Shown piece by piece: positions 1-12,892 of a DNA stretch of 20,000 bases (within the stretch, counting starts at the first letter, position 1; every line of letters starts with the position of its first letter). The notes under the pieces are model-generated. The model was not told the DNA's origin, made no database searches, and saw only the letters and a program-made list of their open reading frames with translations. Origin of the DNA: Catajapyx aquilonaris (lineage: Eukaryota); assembly GCA_000934665.2 (NCBI GenBank), contig JYFJ02001843.1:48367-68366 (forward strand). Direction: 5' to 3'. A program made the translations under genes and the position numbers.

Positions 1-466
1 TTTACTGTAATACAGTATTTACAAATATTACTACGAACTATGTGTTGAAAATCAAATTTCCCACCATGCATCTGTACATACATTTCTAAATTTCTTCAGA
101 GAAAACATATGGAACGAGGTGGGGGTGTGAAGTGGGGTTGGGGGNNNNNNNNGGGTCAAAAATGCAGGGGGGGAACACTTGGCTGTGCAGTCTTTTCCTG
201 GGCCAACTCCATCTGCATTCCTCTTTTTACACATCCAATCAGAATACCTGTGTCGACTATAGCTATAAGACAAGCAGGTTATCTATCACAGATAGTGACA
301 AACTTTGGCTTATTGCAACTTATAAGGCCCATTTTAAGACATATCAAGCTTCGAGTGTATTGAAGGGAAATTCTTACAAACAAATGCACTTCCTAAAATA
401 CTGTATATGTAACCCTACCTTTACCAGCACCCCAACATACCCGGGCAACGCCGGGTAACCTGCTAG
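1..466 (+). mobile_element. Helitron-like element, 3' end (5' boundary not identifiable)
   Basis: GC-rich hairpin TACCCGG-gcaacg-CCGGGTA (438-457), followed 5 nt later by CTAG (463-466) and then T. This is the canonical Helitron 3' terminus. Only the terminus is well supported. Confidence 0.6.
145..152. other. Assembly gap (8 N) within a G-rich tract
   Basis: nnnnnnnn flanked by G runs. Confidence 0.99.
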
Positions 467-825
467 TTTAATATAAGGTAAATCTTTTCGACCTAATCAT
501 AAGCTACGATTGGAAATTAACAAGTAATAATTAATAGGTTTAATTACATGAGCAAATGAAATTTTTGCGAGAGAATTGTAACAACATAGCGTGTAAAAGG
601 GTTTCCATTATCTAAAAGCCAGTTTAATAAGTAACTTTTCAATTAACAGGTTAAGAGTGCACAGTGCGCCTAATTACATTTACTCGTGTTTATGCTTATT
701 TTCCGCTAAATCAATCAACCTTGAATCAACCTAAAGTAACAACGACTCCATCGATATATATGAAAACTAAAAACATAGATGTAAAGGATGTGGAAGACCA
801 ATGAATGATGCACCCTCTCAATGGC

Positions 826-826
<1 letters not shown>

Positions 827-895
<69 letters not shown>
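827..895. repeat. (AAT)23 microsatellite
   Basis: Perfect trinucleotide run. It explains the poly-N and poly-L ORFs. Confidence 0.98.
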
Positions 896-959
896 TTCTT
901 CTTAAGTGTGATGTATGCAAAATGTGAATGGAAAGGTTTTCTCCATCCCACGTCATCCA

Positions 960-1118
960 ACGTCATTCTCTCACGCATTCTTTTCACGCATACAGTGGCC
1001 ATATGAGTGATCAACGTACATCTAAAAGCCACTTCACGTATAAAAATAAGCGTTATTCCCTATTATCACGCATAAACCGATTATAAGCGTGATTGTATGC
1101 GTGAAGCTATTTAGAGTG
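960..1118. mobile_element. Orphan terminus of a CACTA/EnSpm-like (CMC) non-autonomous DNA transposon
   Basis: Ends in ...TTTAGAGTG (reverse complement CACTCTAAA). Preceded by subterminal TCACGCAT-like motifs in both orientations (forward 971, 984, 1034, 1066; inverse 1085, 1097). No partner end found. Confidence 0.45.
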
Positions 1119-2676
1119 TAGAAGTTTATTTTTACTGATTGAATAGAAATATTTTCTATTGGTACCATGTTCATATTCCTTTATACAGTATAGGTCTACA
1201 GTAGGCTATAATCACTATAACTGTGGATTAAGATAATGTGGTATGCATTACTTGAAATCTATGTGCAGAAAGCTGAAGATTGCAATCAATTGTGGTTTAA
1301 CAATCCATAGTTATTGTGATTCAGCTTTTTTTTCTGTACACAACATCGGTTCTTACCGGTGGCAATATTAATGTAGCAATGGCCGCACTCAGGGCTTTAA
1401 GATTGAGCGGCTCTTCCGCGCAGGAATCTTGCCTTAAGTTAGCCAACGCCTTGAGATCCGCCTCTGTGTGATCCTCCGAATCTTGCCCGTTGCTCTTACT
1501 TTTCAGAAGCCCCTTGCTGAAAGGACACGCCATGGTTCCCCCTCCCGAAAAACCAGCTAGAGCAGCAGCAGCACACCACACCACGTGGCGACCACGTGTC
1601 CGCCCGACCTGCCCTCTGCCGGTGGCGTCCTCCAAACAACTCCCTCCACCTGGCGTGAAGACCCGATCATCCGATTGGTACAGAGGCCCCCTCTCCTCCC
1701 CCGGTGTAGCTCAGCCCAGATCCGCGAGATTGCAGCAAATGCCTCGGATCCCACACCCCATGCCGAGCAGGGGAGCTGGATGAACACAGGTTCGCGCCGG
1801 GTAAAAGCACGGGAGCGATTCAACCGGAGGATAGGCCAGTAGTCGCGAATAGGGCTCTCCCCCCCCACTCCCCATCCACCTACTAGTCACTATTGCGCTT
1901 GGGGTTTCGCGCATCTGGGCCAACCAATGCCACCCAGCTGAAGGGGGAACCCGAGCAGTCTCAGTTATATAAAAATATATACACGAAAAGAGTTTGAGTA
2001 CAAGGAACTTGGCATGAATGGACCTGATTGCGCCCCGGTTTATCTGCAACGTGCAAAGCAAAACGGTACAGAATGTACGCCTGTTTTTCTGCTGCAGGTT
2101 GTTAGAGCTTGGAGGGAGTTTTCATTCATAATAGCGGCTTGTTTACGCAGCTCCGGTTGATGTTGGTGTCGGGGAGTAACAATGGTGTGGGGGACACTAA
2201 TAGATGCTCGTTATGATGCGACGAAATAGCCCCTGAACTTGTTTACAAATTGCATCCACATTGAAACGATTGCCATTCACCCTCGCAGTTGATGATGCAT
2301 TTCAAAAAATAATGGTCCGCAATAGCAAACGAAATAGTGTTTGAGTATGTGTTATTGATGTAAACATGTTCCACATTTGGGACGCGTCGTAATAATTGCC
2401 AAAAACATGCTGTTATTCTCCCTGTGTGACTATAACTTGACTATCCTTGAATGTGTTACAACAATAATTCTACTGTACTTTAGTCGGGTTTAAAAAGAGC
2501 ACATTTCTTAACTGTGCGGGCCAGAATCACTTTTCAAAAATCCTCTCCCTGAGTTCTTAAACTTTTTCACCCCTACCATTAAAATCCAATTACTGCAAAC
2601 AGCAGCCTGGATGTTTAATAACCCATTACAAAGATTAAGTGCTATAGTTTACACTGAAGGCCCTCTCTTTTTTTAA

Positions 2677-2697
2677 AGAGAGAGAGAGAGAGAGAGA
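2677..2697. repeat. (AG)10 microsatellite
   Basis: Direct reading of the sequence. Confidence 0.95.
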
Positions 2698-5600
2698 AAC
2701 TTTGTTGTTACATTGCACATGCTGCAATGCAGATTTTTGCTTCTATTATGCCCTGCTGGTCCCCTTTTCGCACTTCTCTCTCGTTTTTTTTTTTTAATAT
2801 TCGGGTGTGTTTGGTGCAAATCGTCAAACTGGTGGGGCGCGAAAGGCACACCGCCCCGCGGCAATAATTCCAGAGCCTCGGAATAATCATTGGGTGTAAA
2901 TGCATTTTGAGTTGGAATATGGCGAGGCGAAAGCGCATGGAAAATGAGGTTAGAGAGGGGGTTGGCATATGCTCTCTCTAAATAGATCCTGCCTTCCTCA
3001 GTTGGACCCATTAGCATGCTGCTTCCATGGTGGGAGAGGAAAAAAAGCTATAATTCCTGTCGAACGATACATGGCCCTGACATTAAAAGCTGGAAAAGAA
3101 AAGTGCATTTTCCTGTGGGTATATTGGACCCGGGTTCAAAGGTTACGGGAAGAATCGCTTCATTTTCTCCCATGCTGCTATATTGATTATATCGGGAAAA
3201 TTCTATCGGGTAATGATTAACCCGAGAGAGTTCATTAGTTGCCAGGGAGGGCTCAGTTTTGCTTAATTTTCGGCTTCCAAGATTAAAGTTTCTGATATTG
3301 CCTGGAACCATTGATTAAATTTTCTTAAGAGGATGCAACCAGACGCTCGAAAATTTCATCCTCATTTTGGCTGTTTCTGACACCCTAGTTAGTGACGTCA
3401 CATTATCCCAAAAAACTGCTCCATCGTTTGCTGTAATAATAATAATCTTCACTATAGCGCAAGATGTGGATTAACTAATGGAGATCTTCCCTTATTCAGT
3501 TCAGGCCAAAACAGTTTCTATTACAACTTGGTATTAAAAACCATATTTTTATCAAAGAAACTAGCTAAATTTGAGCAATATTTTTATATGCGATTAATTA
3601 ATTGTTATCACTTTTTTATGTAAATGCATAATCTCCATCTGGCAATACCATCTACTTGACGGATATAATTTAAGCAGCGTGAAGGACAGGAACATTGTTG
3701 ATTTTAGTAATTCTCCTCAAACACTTCCGTTGCGAGGCACTCCAATTGCTTAATCCGGATTAAGAGTCGGATTGCGAGAAGATAAATAAAAAAACACGAA
3801 TCGAAACCCAGAGTAAATAATATGGCTTTGATTGTTACTTCCAGAAAGTGTTGCTTCTCTTTAAACAATTCATTTATTCACAACTTCTTTCCTGTTCCTC
3901 TCTTGGACATGGCCATGTACCACTCTACACTAAATTTTCATGGTGAGTTTATTTCTGGAATGTGTTTGACAATTAGCGACGCTTCAGGTAAGCGCCATTG
4001 CCAGTTGAATAAGGATAATTTTGCAGACTTTCTAGATCTGGAACTGCTACTCACAAATGTCCTAATCCCCTCAAAGCAATATTACTTTTTTTTTTGAAAA
4101 GGTACGCGAAACAATCCCCAGGTTTCGAAATGGAACTAAATTGCTCATCAGTGCAAGGCCTCATTGTTTGAACAGCAGATCATTCACTCCCTGAGATGGA
4201 ATATTATGCAGGCTCATTTTCCTGTTCAAATGAGCTGCTCACTCACTGCGTTAGACAGGAACTAATTAATACGCTGCCAATACCACACGTAAGGTTACTG
4301 CGGGGGCGGCGTATATCTTCTAATGTAATCCCTGCTCACTTCCGGCAGATTCTATCAAAATATATTCGCAGGAGGCTGAATTTATAGTGTGATTTCTATG
4401 GTGACATGCTATCGTCGTTTGGACTGTAAACAACTCACTCTAAAGCCTTTCAGATGTGCATGAATAGTATATATACTCTGACACCATTTTCTGCACAAAG
4501 GTTGAACCCCTTAGGGAACCCTTCTGTGTGTATAGGGCTGTCTCTTCCAAGTAGTTTAGATACAAAAAAAAGTGAATAAAGAGGTCCTTTTTTTATTTGC
4601 TACAAAAAGTGCTTGGGGCAATTTAAGCTCCTGTGCACATGAAATATGCAGTTGCATCGTGAAACCTGCTGTGACTGCTCTTCACCCTCATGCGAGTTTT
4701 TCGCAGCTCGACAAAAGAAAAAGAGAGACAATGTTTTTAAACGGACGTAAGGCCTTTAAAAATTCACAACAGCGCTGAGCTGTGCATGTCGCTTTTGCTT
4801 CCGCGTGACAAACGAAGAAAGTTTGGATTTTGCCAAAGGCAAGGAAATCCATTTTTCTCTCTCAGGGCTCAGCGTTTTTCCTCTTCGTCTCCCGATTGCC
4901 ACCCTTCCATTTTTTTTTTTCTTTCTCCTTCTCCAATTTTTTTCTTCTCTCCTTTTTCTTTTTGTACAGTACCTTTAATGTGGGAACCCGCCTGCTGTGT
5001 GGTGTTTCTTCTTCTCTTTCTCTTCGGCATCATCAGCTGCCACTCTTTTAAGTACCAACTGAGTTAACAAGTGCACAAATCCTACTCTTCCACCAGTGTT
5101 TGTAACAATGCCACTGTTTCTGACATTACTACTTTCAAGGCCTGATGACGCTGTCGCTAGATAGCACCAGATTCCACCCTAGAGGGCACTCACCATGAGG
5201 TAGAATAAGTCTCCATGTTCCCCAGACATAGCTAAACTTGTAAGCCAATAAAGATGGGCCTTTCTATTACCTTAATGTGCACAGGGTGGTTCGCAGCCCA
5301 AGTCTACAATAAAACCCGTTAAGAAGGGATATAATCACCAGAAAGCAACAATAACACTTGACTTTTCCTTCCAATCCATTGGAATCTGCGTGTGGGCAAG
5401 TTTGCAACCGTGGAATGACATGTACTTCAATTAATTAAGGGTCCAAACTATGATTATAAAATATTATATGACACAGTGGAGTCCGGATGCTCGTTCCTAT
5501 AAGGTAGGCATTTTATCTAAATTAGGAGTGTTTGCCTGCTGGGTGATGGCCTATTTTTATGCGTTTAGAATATCCGTGCACTTGTCCAACTTTTAAAACT

Positions 5601-8600
5601 ACTTTAAGCAAAGTTAGATTGGCGCCATGGCGACGAAAGCTATTTATTTATGCGGCTGTACAGAAGTTCTCTGTCCCGTTTTGGGGGGTTTCGGCCTACT
5701 TTTATCCGCATTTAGTTGCCAATTTTATGCACCATACAACGGAAATATGCGAATTGCATGCCCTTTTGGTGAATTCGGAAAACTATTTCGATTTTATGAC
5801 TCTTCACACGTGCAGGCTGTGGCAATATTAACTAGCCTTTATTACTGGTCATACATACTTGTCCAAGAAAAACAAATAAATAAAACTTGTCTATATATCG
5901 GAACCACTCTTTTGTGCAAATAATTTCCGCGAGAAATAATAATTCAGCGTCAGGATCGCGAAATTCTCCAATTGATAACTCTCAACCTCTAATATTTCAC
6001 TGCACATTTCCTTGGTGTATTACGATATGACAAAATTAAATAATACACTATTATTAGGTATGGTGGGCTTATAATTTATAATTTTGCTAATGTGTAAGTC
6101 ACTTATAAATAACTTTATGTGCGTAATGCTGCTTTTGAGTGAGGTCATATTGCATTTCGATGGGAGTGCTTTTGCAAGCTGATGTTTCATGGACGCTATC
6201 TCGCAGGGGCTACTTAATTACTTAATTGCTTCGTATAATGGCCTCTTCTGCTTCCTCACCTTTATCTGGAGAAAGGATAGGCTCTAAGGGCATATACTGT
6301 ATAGACTACTTCCCCTGGGCTGGGATTCCATTGGCACAAGATGAATGGATGAGTGTCGCACCAGGAAATGGCTTCATTCACGCTTCTCCTTCTCCCTCTT
6401 AGGAGCCCGGAGAATCGAGTGAAAAGATTTCAAATGCATTTTCTCCTGGAAGCGATTTCTCCTGCTCGAGCGGAATTAGCCTGGGCTTTGGTCCCATTTT
6501 AATTAAGGCTTGTCAATCTTAACGGGAGTGTGTGGTGATCGACTCACTCCGGTTCAAAGATTCCTCCAGTTCTCTTGGGAGAAGAGGTGTTTGACTTATT
6601 GTGGCTTTGTAAGGGAAAGTTCTTTGAGAATTAAAGAGTTTTCGAAGCAAATTGCTTGGAATGAGTTCTCTACAGTAGCATTACGAAGAAGCTGTTTTGA
6701 CAGCACTAATGTCGGCAATTTACAGTTAGTAGAGATTCAATGAAAATGCTACTTATAAGAAATTAAAGCCTTATAGAAAAATTTATACTTATGCAAGTCA
6801 TTCAATACTGATTGTTCATGCATCATTTTGAATTGTATATACAATAAACACATATTGCACCAGTTCAGTGCAGAACATGCGCTGTATTATATTGACAGTA
6901 ATTGCGTGGTTTGTGTCCATTTAATGCAATGAGTGAAATATATTCACTACAGCTTTAATAAACTAATAGTAATTGTAGCATTTTATAAATGCCGGTATAA
7001 GTAATGCAACATAGCATATTAATTTAAATGTTGATTAATGCAAATTGCTCGATTAAAACTTCATGCCATGTACCCACAGTAAAATTGTGCAGCTGTTTCA
7101 AAATTATATTCAATGACAAATATTTAACTTTGATAAGACATTTCCTAACATTGCATTTTACATAACTTTTCTGGGCACGTTAGGCATTTTAAATAACGTG
7201 TTTAGAGTCCTTTATGACAGACATATTTATGAGGAGTCCAAGCCTGGTCATGCCTTCCGGATTAATGATGATGAATCGATGATGTCCTTCTCTTCCTCAT
7301 ATATATTGGAATATGACCAGTCCAGTACTAAATACATCCAGCTGAGAGAGACCGTGTCGCCTCCTGATGCCCAAAATTGAAATTCTTGGCACGTCCATCT
7401 GAAATTGCGCCTTGGAGGCCCCCTCTTATTATGGCCGCAACCTTCAGCAAAGGTCACATCTCTTCCTCACCCCACTTTTTTTTAATAAAAAAAAGAACCG
7501 AAAAAACACACACGACGCCCGTTTAGATCAATACCACAGTCAATTTTTGAGACTGACAAGTAACCTGCTCTTGTATTCTGCCTTGGTGCACATATATACC
7601 CAGCCCCTGGTTGTATATGCGCCATCGCCTGGCTCATAAAGTTGCATAGGGAAAACAGGGGTGCAACCCCAGGGGCTATCCAATCTTCCGGTAACAAGCA
7701 GGATGGGACCTATGAAATCTCTAGGCCATGCTGGGCTTGTTAGCGCTCTCGTCCTTTTCGTCTGATGCTGCGGAGAAAGCTCAGGCCATTAGGCTTCGTA
7801 TATAGGAAACACTAGGCCGCATCCATTTTGTCAAATGGCTAGACAGTGTTCTTTGTGGTGGATAAAAAAAATACGGCAAAGCACTCGCAATGGATGACCT
7901 AATTCCAACTTTTAGCAGCTAAAATATTCTCCCTTTATATGAGAAGTCCAATTGAAAATTATTCAGAGCTCATAGGTCATATTGCTGTATGACAAAGCAC
8001 GTTCTCTTTCACTACGCTTTAGCGATGCGGTCATGAAGCTCTTTACACCTCGTTGTGTAAGGTTAATATATGGAAAAAGACTTGAGGCTGGTATTCGCCA
8101 ATGTGCAATGCAAACTGGGGGGAAGAAGAAGCGGAGTGGAAATAACCACAGCAGCTCGCCCTTATCATTGCCCGCATTCCTTGCTTGCCTTATTTGATTC
8201 GTGACTGGCATGCTCATTACAGTGTTTGTCAGACGGGCTCCTAGCAAGTACTTCAAAGTTTCAAAAATAATCAGGGCGTAATAAATTTGCGGGATGTAGC
8301 AAAAAAAATATTCAGCAGGTTCTGCTGGAATACCGCATTGCAAAAGACAGGTCAGCGCAAAGGAAAGCTAACTACTAGAAAATTTTAACAAGGTATGATA
8401 GATTACATGGACACTGTTTGATATATCACGACGGTAACCTTCGGTGTCAGTAAATGGCCAGTAAAACAAAGGTAAATATGTTTTTGCCCATCTAAACTAC
8501 AGCCATAAAGTTTTTATCATTTTTTCCCCCTTCCCATTTTGTGAATATACGATCGAAAATGTGGCTCCAAGATGGAATCGGAGGTCCGGCTAACCCACAT

Positions 8601-11600
8601 CTCGACCTTCTTTCCGCAAGATAAGAAATATAGAGTGAAACCTGCGGAAAACTTCCGACGTTTCCGTCAGGCCGTCGAATATCCCCCGGAAACTTCTGGA
8701 GAAAATTCAATCGACTAGCCCCTCCCTGGTTTTTTTTTTATCAGAAAAAGTGTCTGAGTACCACTCGAAGAAAAAAAAAATCCACATGTAATATAGATAT
8801 GTAGGGAAGAAGAGAGCGTTATACCGACAAAACATGCCCATCAAAACTGAAAGAAATTACTACCGAGTATGAACCAGATGATCCAGAGATTGCAATAAGA
8901 CGCAATATATGGAGACAAGAGGAGCACCTGTTCCTTCCTGCACTTGAGTCTTCATGACGGCCGTTAACTTGATCCCCTTGAGATCACTCATAAATGAACC
9001 TCTGGAGAATGTAATTAAAAACAAGATGGTCGGCACAGGCCTTATTAACTGAGGGCTAAGATGGATACCATAACCTTCTTCGCCCAAAATTAATCTTAGT
9101 TAAGCGAGAGTTTCAGCAATATTTTGCACTAGTTGTAACTGCTGTTGGTTTAATCGCATAAAATATTCACACAATCACCGTTGGTTTCAAAGATGATGCA
9201 ACTGCATGAACCTTACTGCTGTGATAACTGAACCGAATTTGCTCTGGTCAAGATGCGCAGGCCATGACAAATTAGTGCACGTGACAGGGTTTATGTTTTG
9301 GGAATGAGTCCTGAGGGAGCTAAAATTGGGATTCCGTGACACGCCCTGCAATTGGTCGGATTGCATCACTCTAAATATGCATGACTCCTTCGTTTATTTA
9401 CTGCAGACTATTTCGCACCATGCACTTTTTATTGCGACGGATCTGTCAGCTGTTTTTTTTTGCCGCTTGGCAATTTGCTCGAGTGCATTTATTTATCACT
9501 AAATATATTCGTAAAAATAGTGGTGGATTTTTTTTTTCTGTAGATACTTTTTGAGCCTCAGACATCATTTTACTCTCTAATTTCCAAATGGATTCAGCAA
9601 TAGATCCTCAGGTTCATCCAAGCTCCAGAGCCGTTTATCCCTATATACGCAGTTGCAGTCCATTCAAGTTTGCAAAAAAAAATTGCTCACGAAAGGAAGC
9701 CCCGATTCGCTAACTATTGAGTCGAATAGTTTCCTGGAATTTCCAGTTCTTCCTGGAATAAGCAAGCTATTTGCTGAGATTCCGAAGCGCATAGTCTACC
9801 TTTCCTTTTCACGGAAATGTGCAGGGTGATTCACTGCTAAAGCAACGGAGATGGTTGTTGTATCATCAGCACAAAATGTGCCCTTGCCCAGTGTTTATTT
9901 TACTTATTTTTAAAGCTAATTTATGAAACACCTTTGAAGAATATACTTGGGCAGTGTACCATACGTTTGTAGTAAGTTGTTTCAAAGCACGAGTTATTTT
10001 TCCTGGAAGCCGAAAGTCCTTCCGGCCACTTCTGGAGGTCAATATTGATTCAGTGTCATGTGGCTCTGTCCCCAAGGAAGTTTAAAAGGCCAGTAAGCGG
10101 TGTCCTAAGACAACGAGAGATTAGTTATGGTGTTTTCTCAGATAAAGGAAAGATAGAGACGGGCAGGGATTGGCTGGGTTGTGTAATGCGTTTGCGGTGT
10201 AACCTAAGCCCTCCTCGGCTCCGGGGCATTTCAAATGAGCAATTTTCTTGATGGCCGACCCAAGAAGGCAATTTAGACGAGTGCACCGCCTTCCTACTAC
10301 AAGTAAATTTTGATTAATTAGCAAATGTAAAGTAAGCAGCAGTTTTTTTAAAATGAAAAAAAATTGGTCATTATACTGTACAAAGAAGATTTGTTGCTGA
10401 TTGCTGCTGGTTGCTGGGGTGAGCAATGTTGATCTCCATATTGAGTTCACCACGTTTGGTTTTTGGGCATGGGAGCTACTGATTAAATTAAAGTTTTTTT
10501 TCCATCTGCTTTTTTGCTTTGCCAAAAATTGTCAAACCAGTAGATTAAACAGGGAAGTCGTAAAACAGCATAATTGTGATGTTTCCCTTCTGGGACACAA
10601 GTGTTAACACCGTCAGACTAAGCCTGGCATCCACGGTATATGAGCCGGAATAAAGTGGAAAGTGACGATTGGCGTAATCCGATTCCGAGCACGACGGATT
10701 AGCACCGCAAATGCTGCAGCTGGAAAACTCGTAACTTTTTAACAAGTGTATAGGTATATGCTGGGTACGTATAGTATGATATGCTGGAACTGTGCGAGTT
10801 CGCTTGTGTTTTCTGGATGTGTGTCGAATAAGCTTGTTAAAGTGAATGAGGGAAATAACTGCCGATATTTGTATGTCGGGGCATCACTTATACAGTACTG
10901 TATTTCAACGCCAGTGAAAGTATGAACCGTTACTTCTTGCTAACTAATCCATTCTTATTGGCCAGAGCAGTAAAATCCAGCATCCTGCTCAATCTTGTAC
11001 AAAATCCGTCACCAAGAGTCGATGTAAATTTATTTAAAGTTTTCTAGTTCAAAACGCTCGGGTTTATGCGCTCATTGCAGAGCAACTAGCGCAAATGTTG
11101 GCCCGATAAATTCTATCAACCAGTTTAATGGGAAGCAATAGTAGCTTACGACGAGTTAATTACTCCAAAAGAATAATTTCTTTTGTTGAAACTGGTAGCT
11201 GGGGCAACAATTCCACACCCCCTGCCCATCCCTGCCCCTCTCTTGAAAATAATTGAAGCTTGGAAAGCAAGTTGGAAAGTTTGCCATACCGTATTGTAGA
11301 TGTAGAGCCTACACCAAAGTTGACAAATTGTTTTTACGGATTCAAGATATATTTTTCGAAGTTCAGGATATTGCATTCGACTTCATGCAGGTCACTGGCA
11401 CATTCTGAAACGTTAGAGAGAAAAATAATGATGTCTTTTTTGACAGCTTTTTGAGCTTCTTTCTTTGAGGGTTGCCTCAGCCATCTAGTGGTTCGTAGTA
11501 GGACATCCAGGTTCATACGCGGCAGCACATGCCAGGATTATTGTCTCTACAGATCCGTTTATTCTCCTTACATTATCGTCTTTCCTCCATTACTTGCAGG

Positions 11601-12892
11601 AATTGTGCTTGATTTGTGGATTGTTGCAGAAAATACAGATGTCTGATACATAACAATCAATCAGCTTACAATTTATGGCCTCGTTTACCATAGTAAGCCT
11701 ATAATATTATAGTGTTAGCAATTCCATTTCACGTAGCCTAAAAAACATCCTGGAGCTAGAACGTATTGAAGTGCGTTGTGCTAACCTTTAAAAAAACCTT
11801 CTTCAAATGCATGGGTCTAATTATTATTAGGTGCCTAATGTATATCAATGTTATGCAGTATATGCGATGTAATGTCAGGAGTGTGACGAGATCCAGCATA
11901 ATTATTGTAGGCCTACTTTGACATCAATGGGCAAGCTGAATAACTTGCAGATCTATAATGTAACGTGCGCACTAAGAAATTTACAAATTAATAATTTTGT
12001 GCATCTCATTGACATGCTGGAGAAGGAAAGCACAATAATGGTGCATTGCTCTATTATCTATTTATTAACGCAGATAACGACTGAAATGTATTATACTGTA
12101 CCTGCATTTCAAGTCCCTCATTCCGACGTATATAGGCCCATCAGAGTGTATGACTATGATTGTGTCCGGCGCACATTGCTCATTGTGTATTGCTTAAATG
12201 ATATTCCAAATTCGAAGTGATGACATTCTGTCCCACGTCTTTTGTCTGTTTAGTGTTGTCCTTACCAGCAACCCCCCTACAGAATAGTGAGCTCTGATGG
12301 TAACTGACTGAAAAAGAATTCCACACACCTTTACTTCTCAACGGACAGAACACAGAAGCTGTGATGCGAAAACGTTTTGGCCACTGAACGTACATATTTA
12401 CCTTATTAACAACTACTGTACGTACTACGATATCAACCCCACAAGGCTCCGATTTTTAGATAAGTTTAATGCAGGAGAATATTTATTATAGTGAGGATAA
12501 TACTCTTACAAGTCTAGTAATTGTCGACTCGGACTTGTGCATTAACATCAAGATGACAAAGGGAAGGTCAATATATATAACATGAAGCCAAATTTCTACA
12601 TCTCTGGGCCTATACTTACCTATGTAAATATACCCTGTATGCATAATATAGAGAGGGCTGTGTAAGACTACAATATTAATACCTAATGAACTCATAACGT
12701 TACTTCAGCGGTGCATTTCAGTGATATCTGCCTCTCATTTTGGTATTTTACAACGTATTGTATAAATGTGATGGAAATATTAATAATAGATCTTCATCGA
12801 CTTCATCCAAGTGAAAACAACACCTGGGAATTTGCACCCACATCACAAGGACACTGATATACTAATAAACTAATGCAGCATATTTTAGTTTA

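Noticed and set aside
715..1032. Poly-Leu and poly-Asn ORFs (715..1032, 821..1006)
   Set aside because: Artefacts of the (AAT)23 microsatellite.
3749..3764. Perfect 16-bp palindrome CTTAATCCGGATTAAG
   Set aside because: Isolated, with no flanking TIRs or other context to assign a function.
4122..4151. Minus-strand CTGATGA-G...C-GAAAC hammerhead-like core
   Set aside because: Stem II is mismatched, and no convincing stem I or III with a cleavage triplet can be formed.
4786..5067. Phe/Ser-rich ORFs and a strong-looking acceptor near 4969
   Set aside because: Low-complexity pyrimidine tract with no coherent downstream exon or donor.
5141..5170. CTGATGA followed by hairpin GCTGTC-gcta-GATAGC (Penelope-type hammerhead look-alike)
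   Set aside because: The essential GAAA after stem II is absent (ACCA), so at most a dead relic.
8640..8710. CCGACGTTTC motif reminiscent of Penelope terminal repeats
   Set aside because: No CTGANGA core or RT/GIY-YIG remnant nearby.
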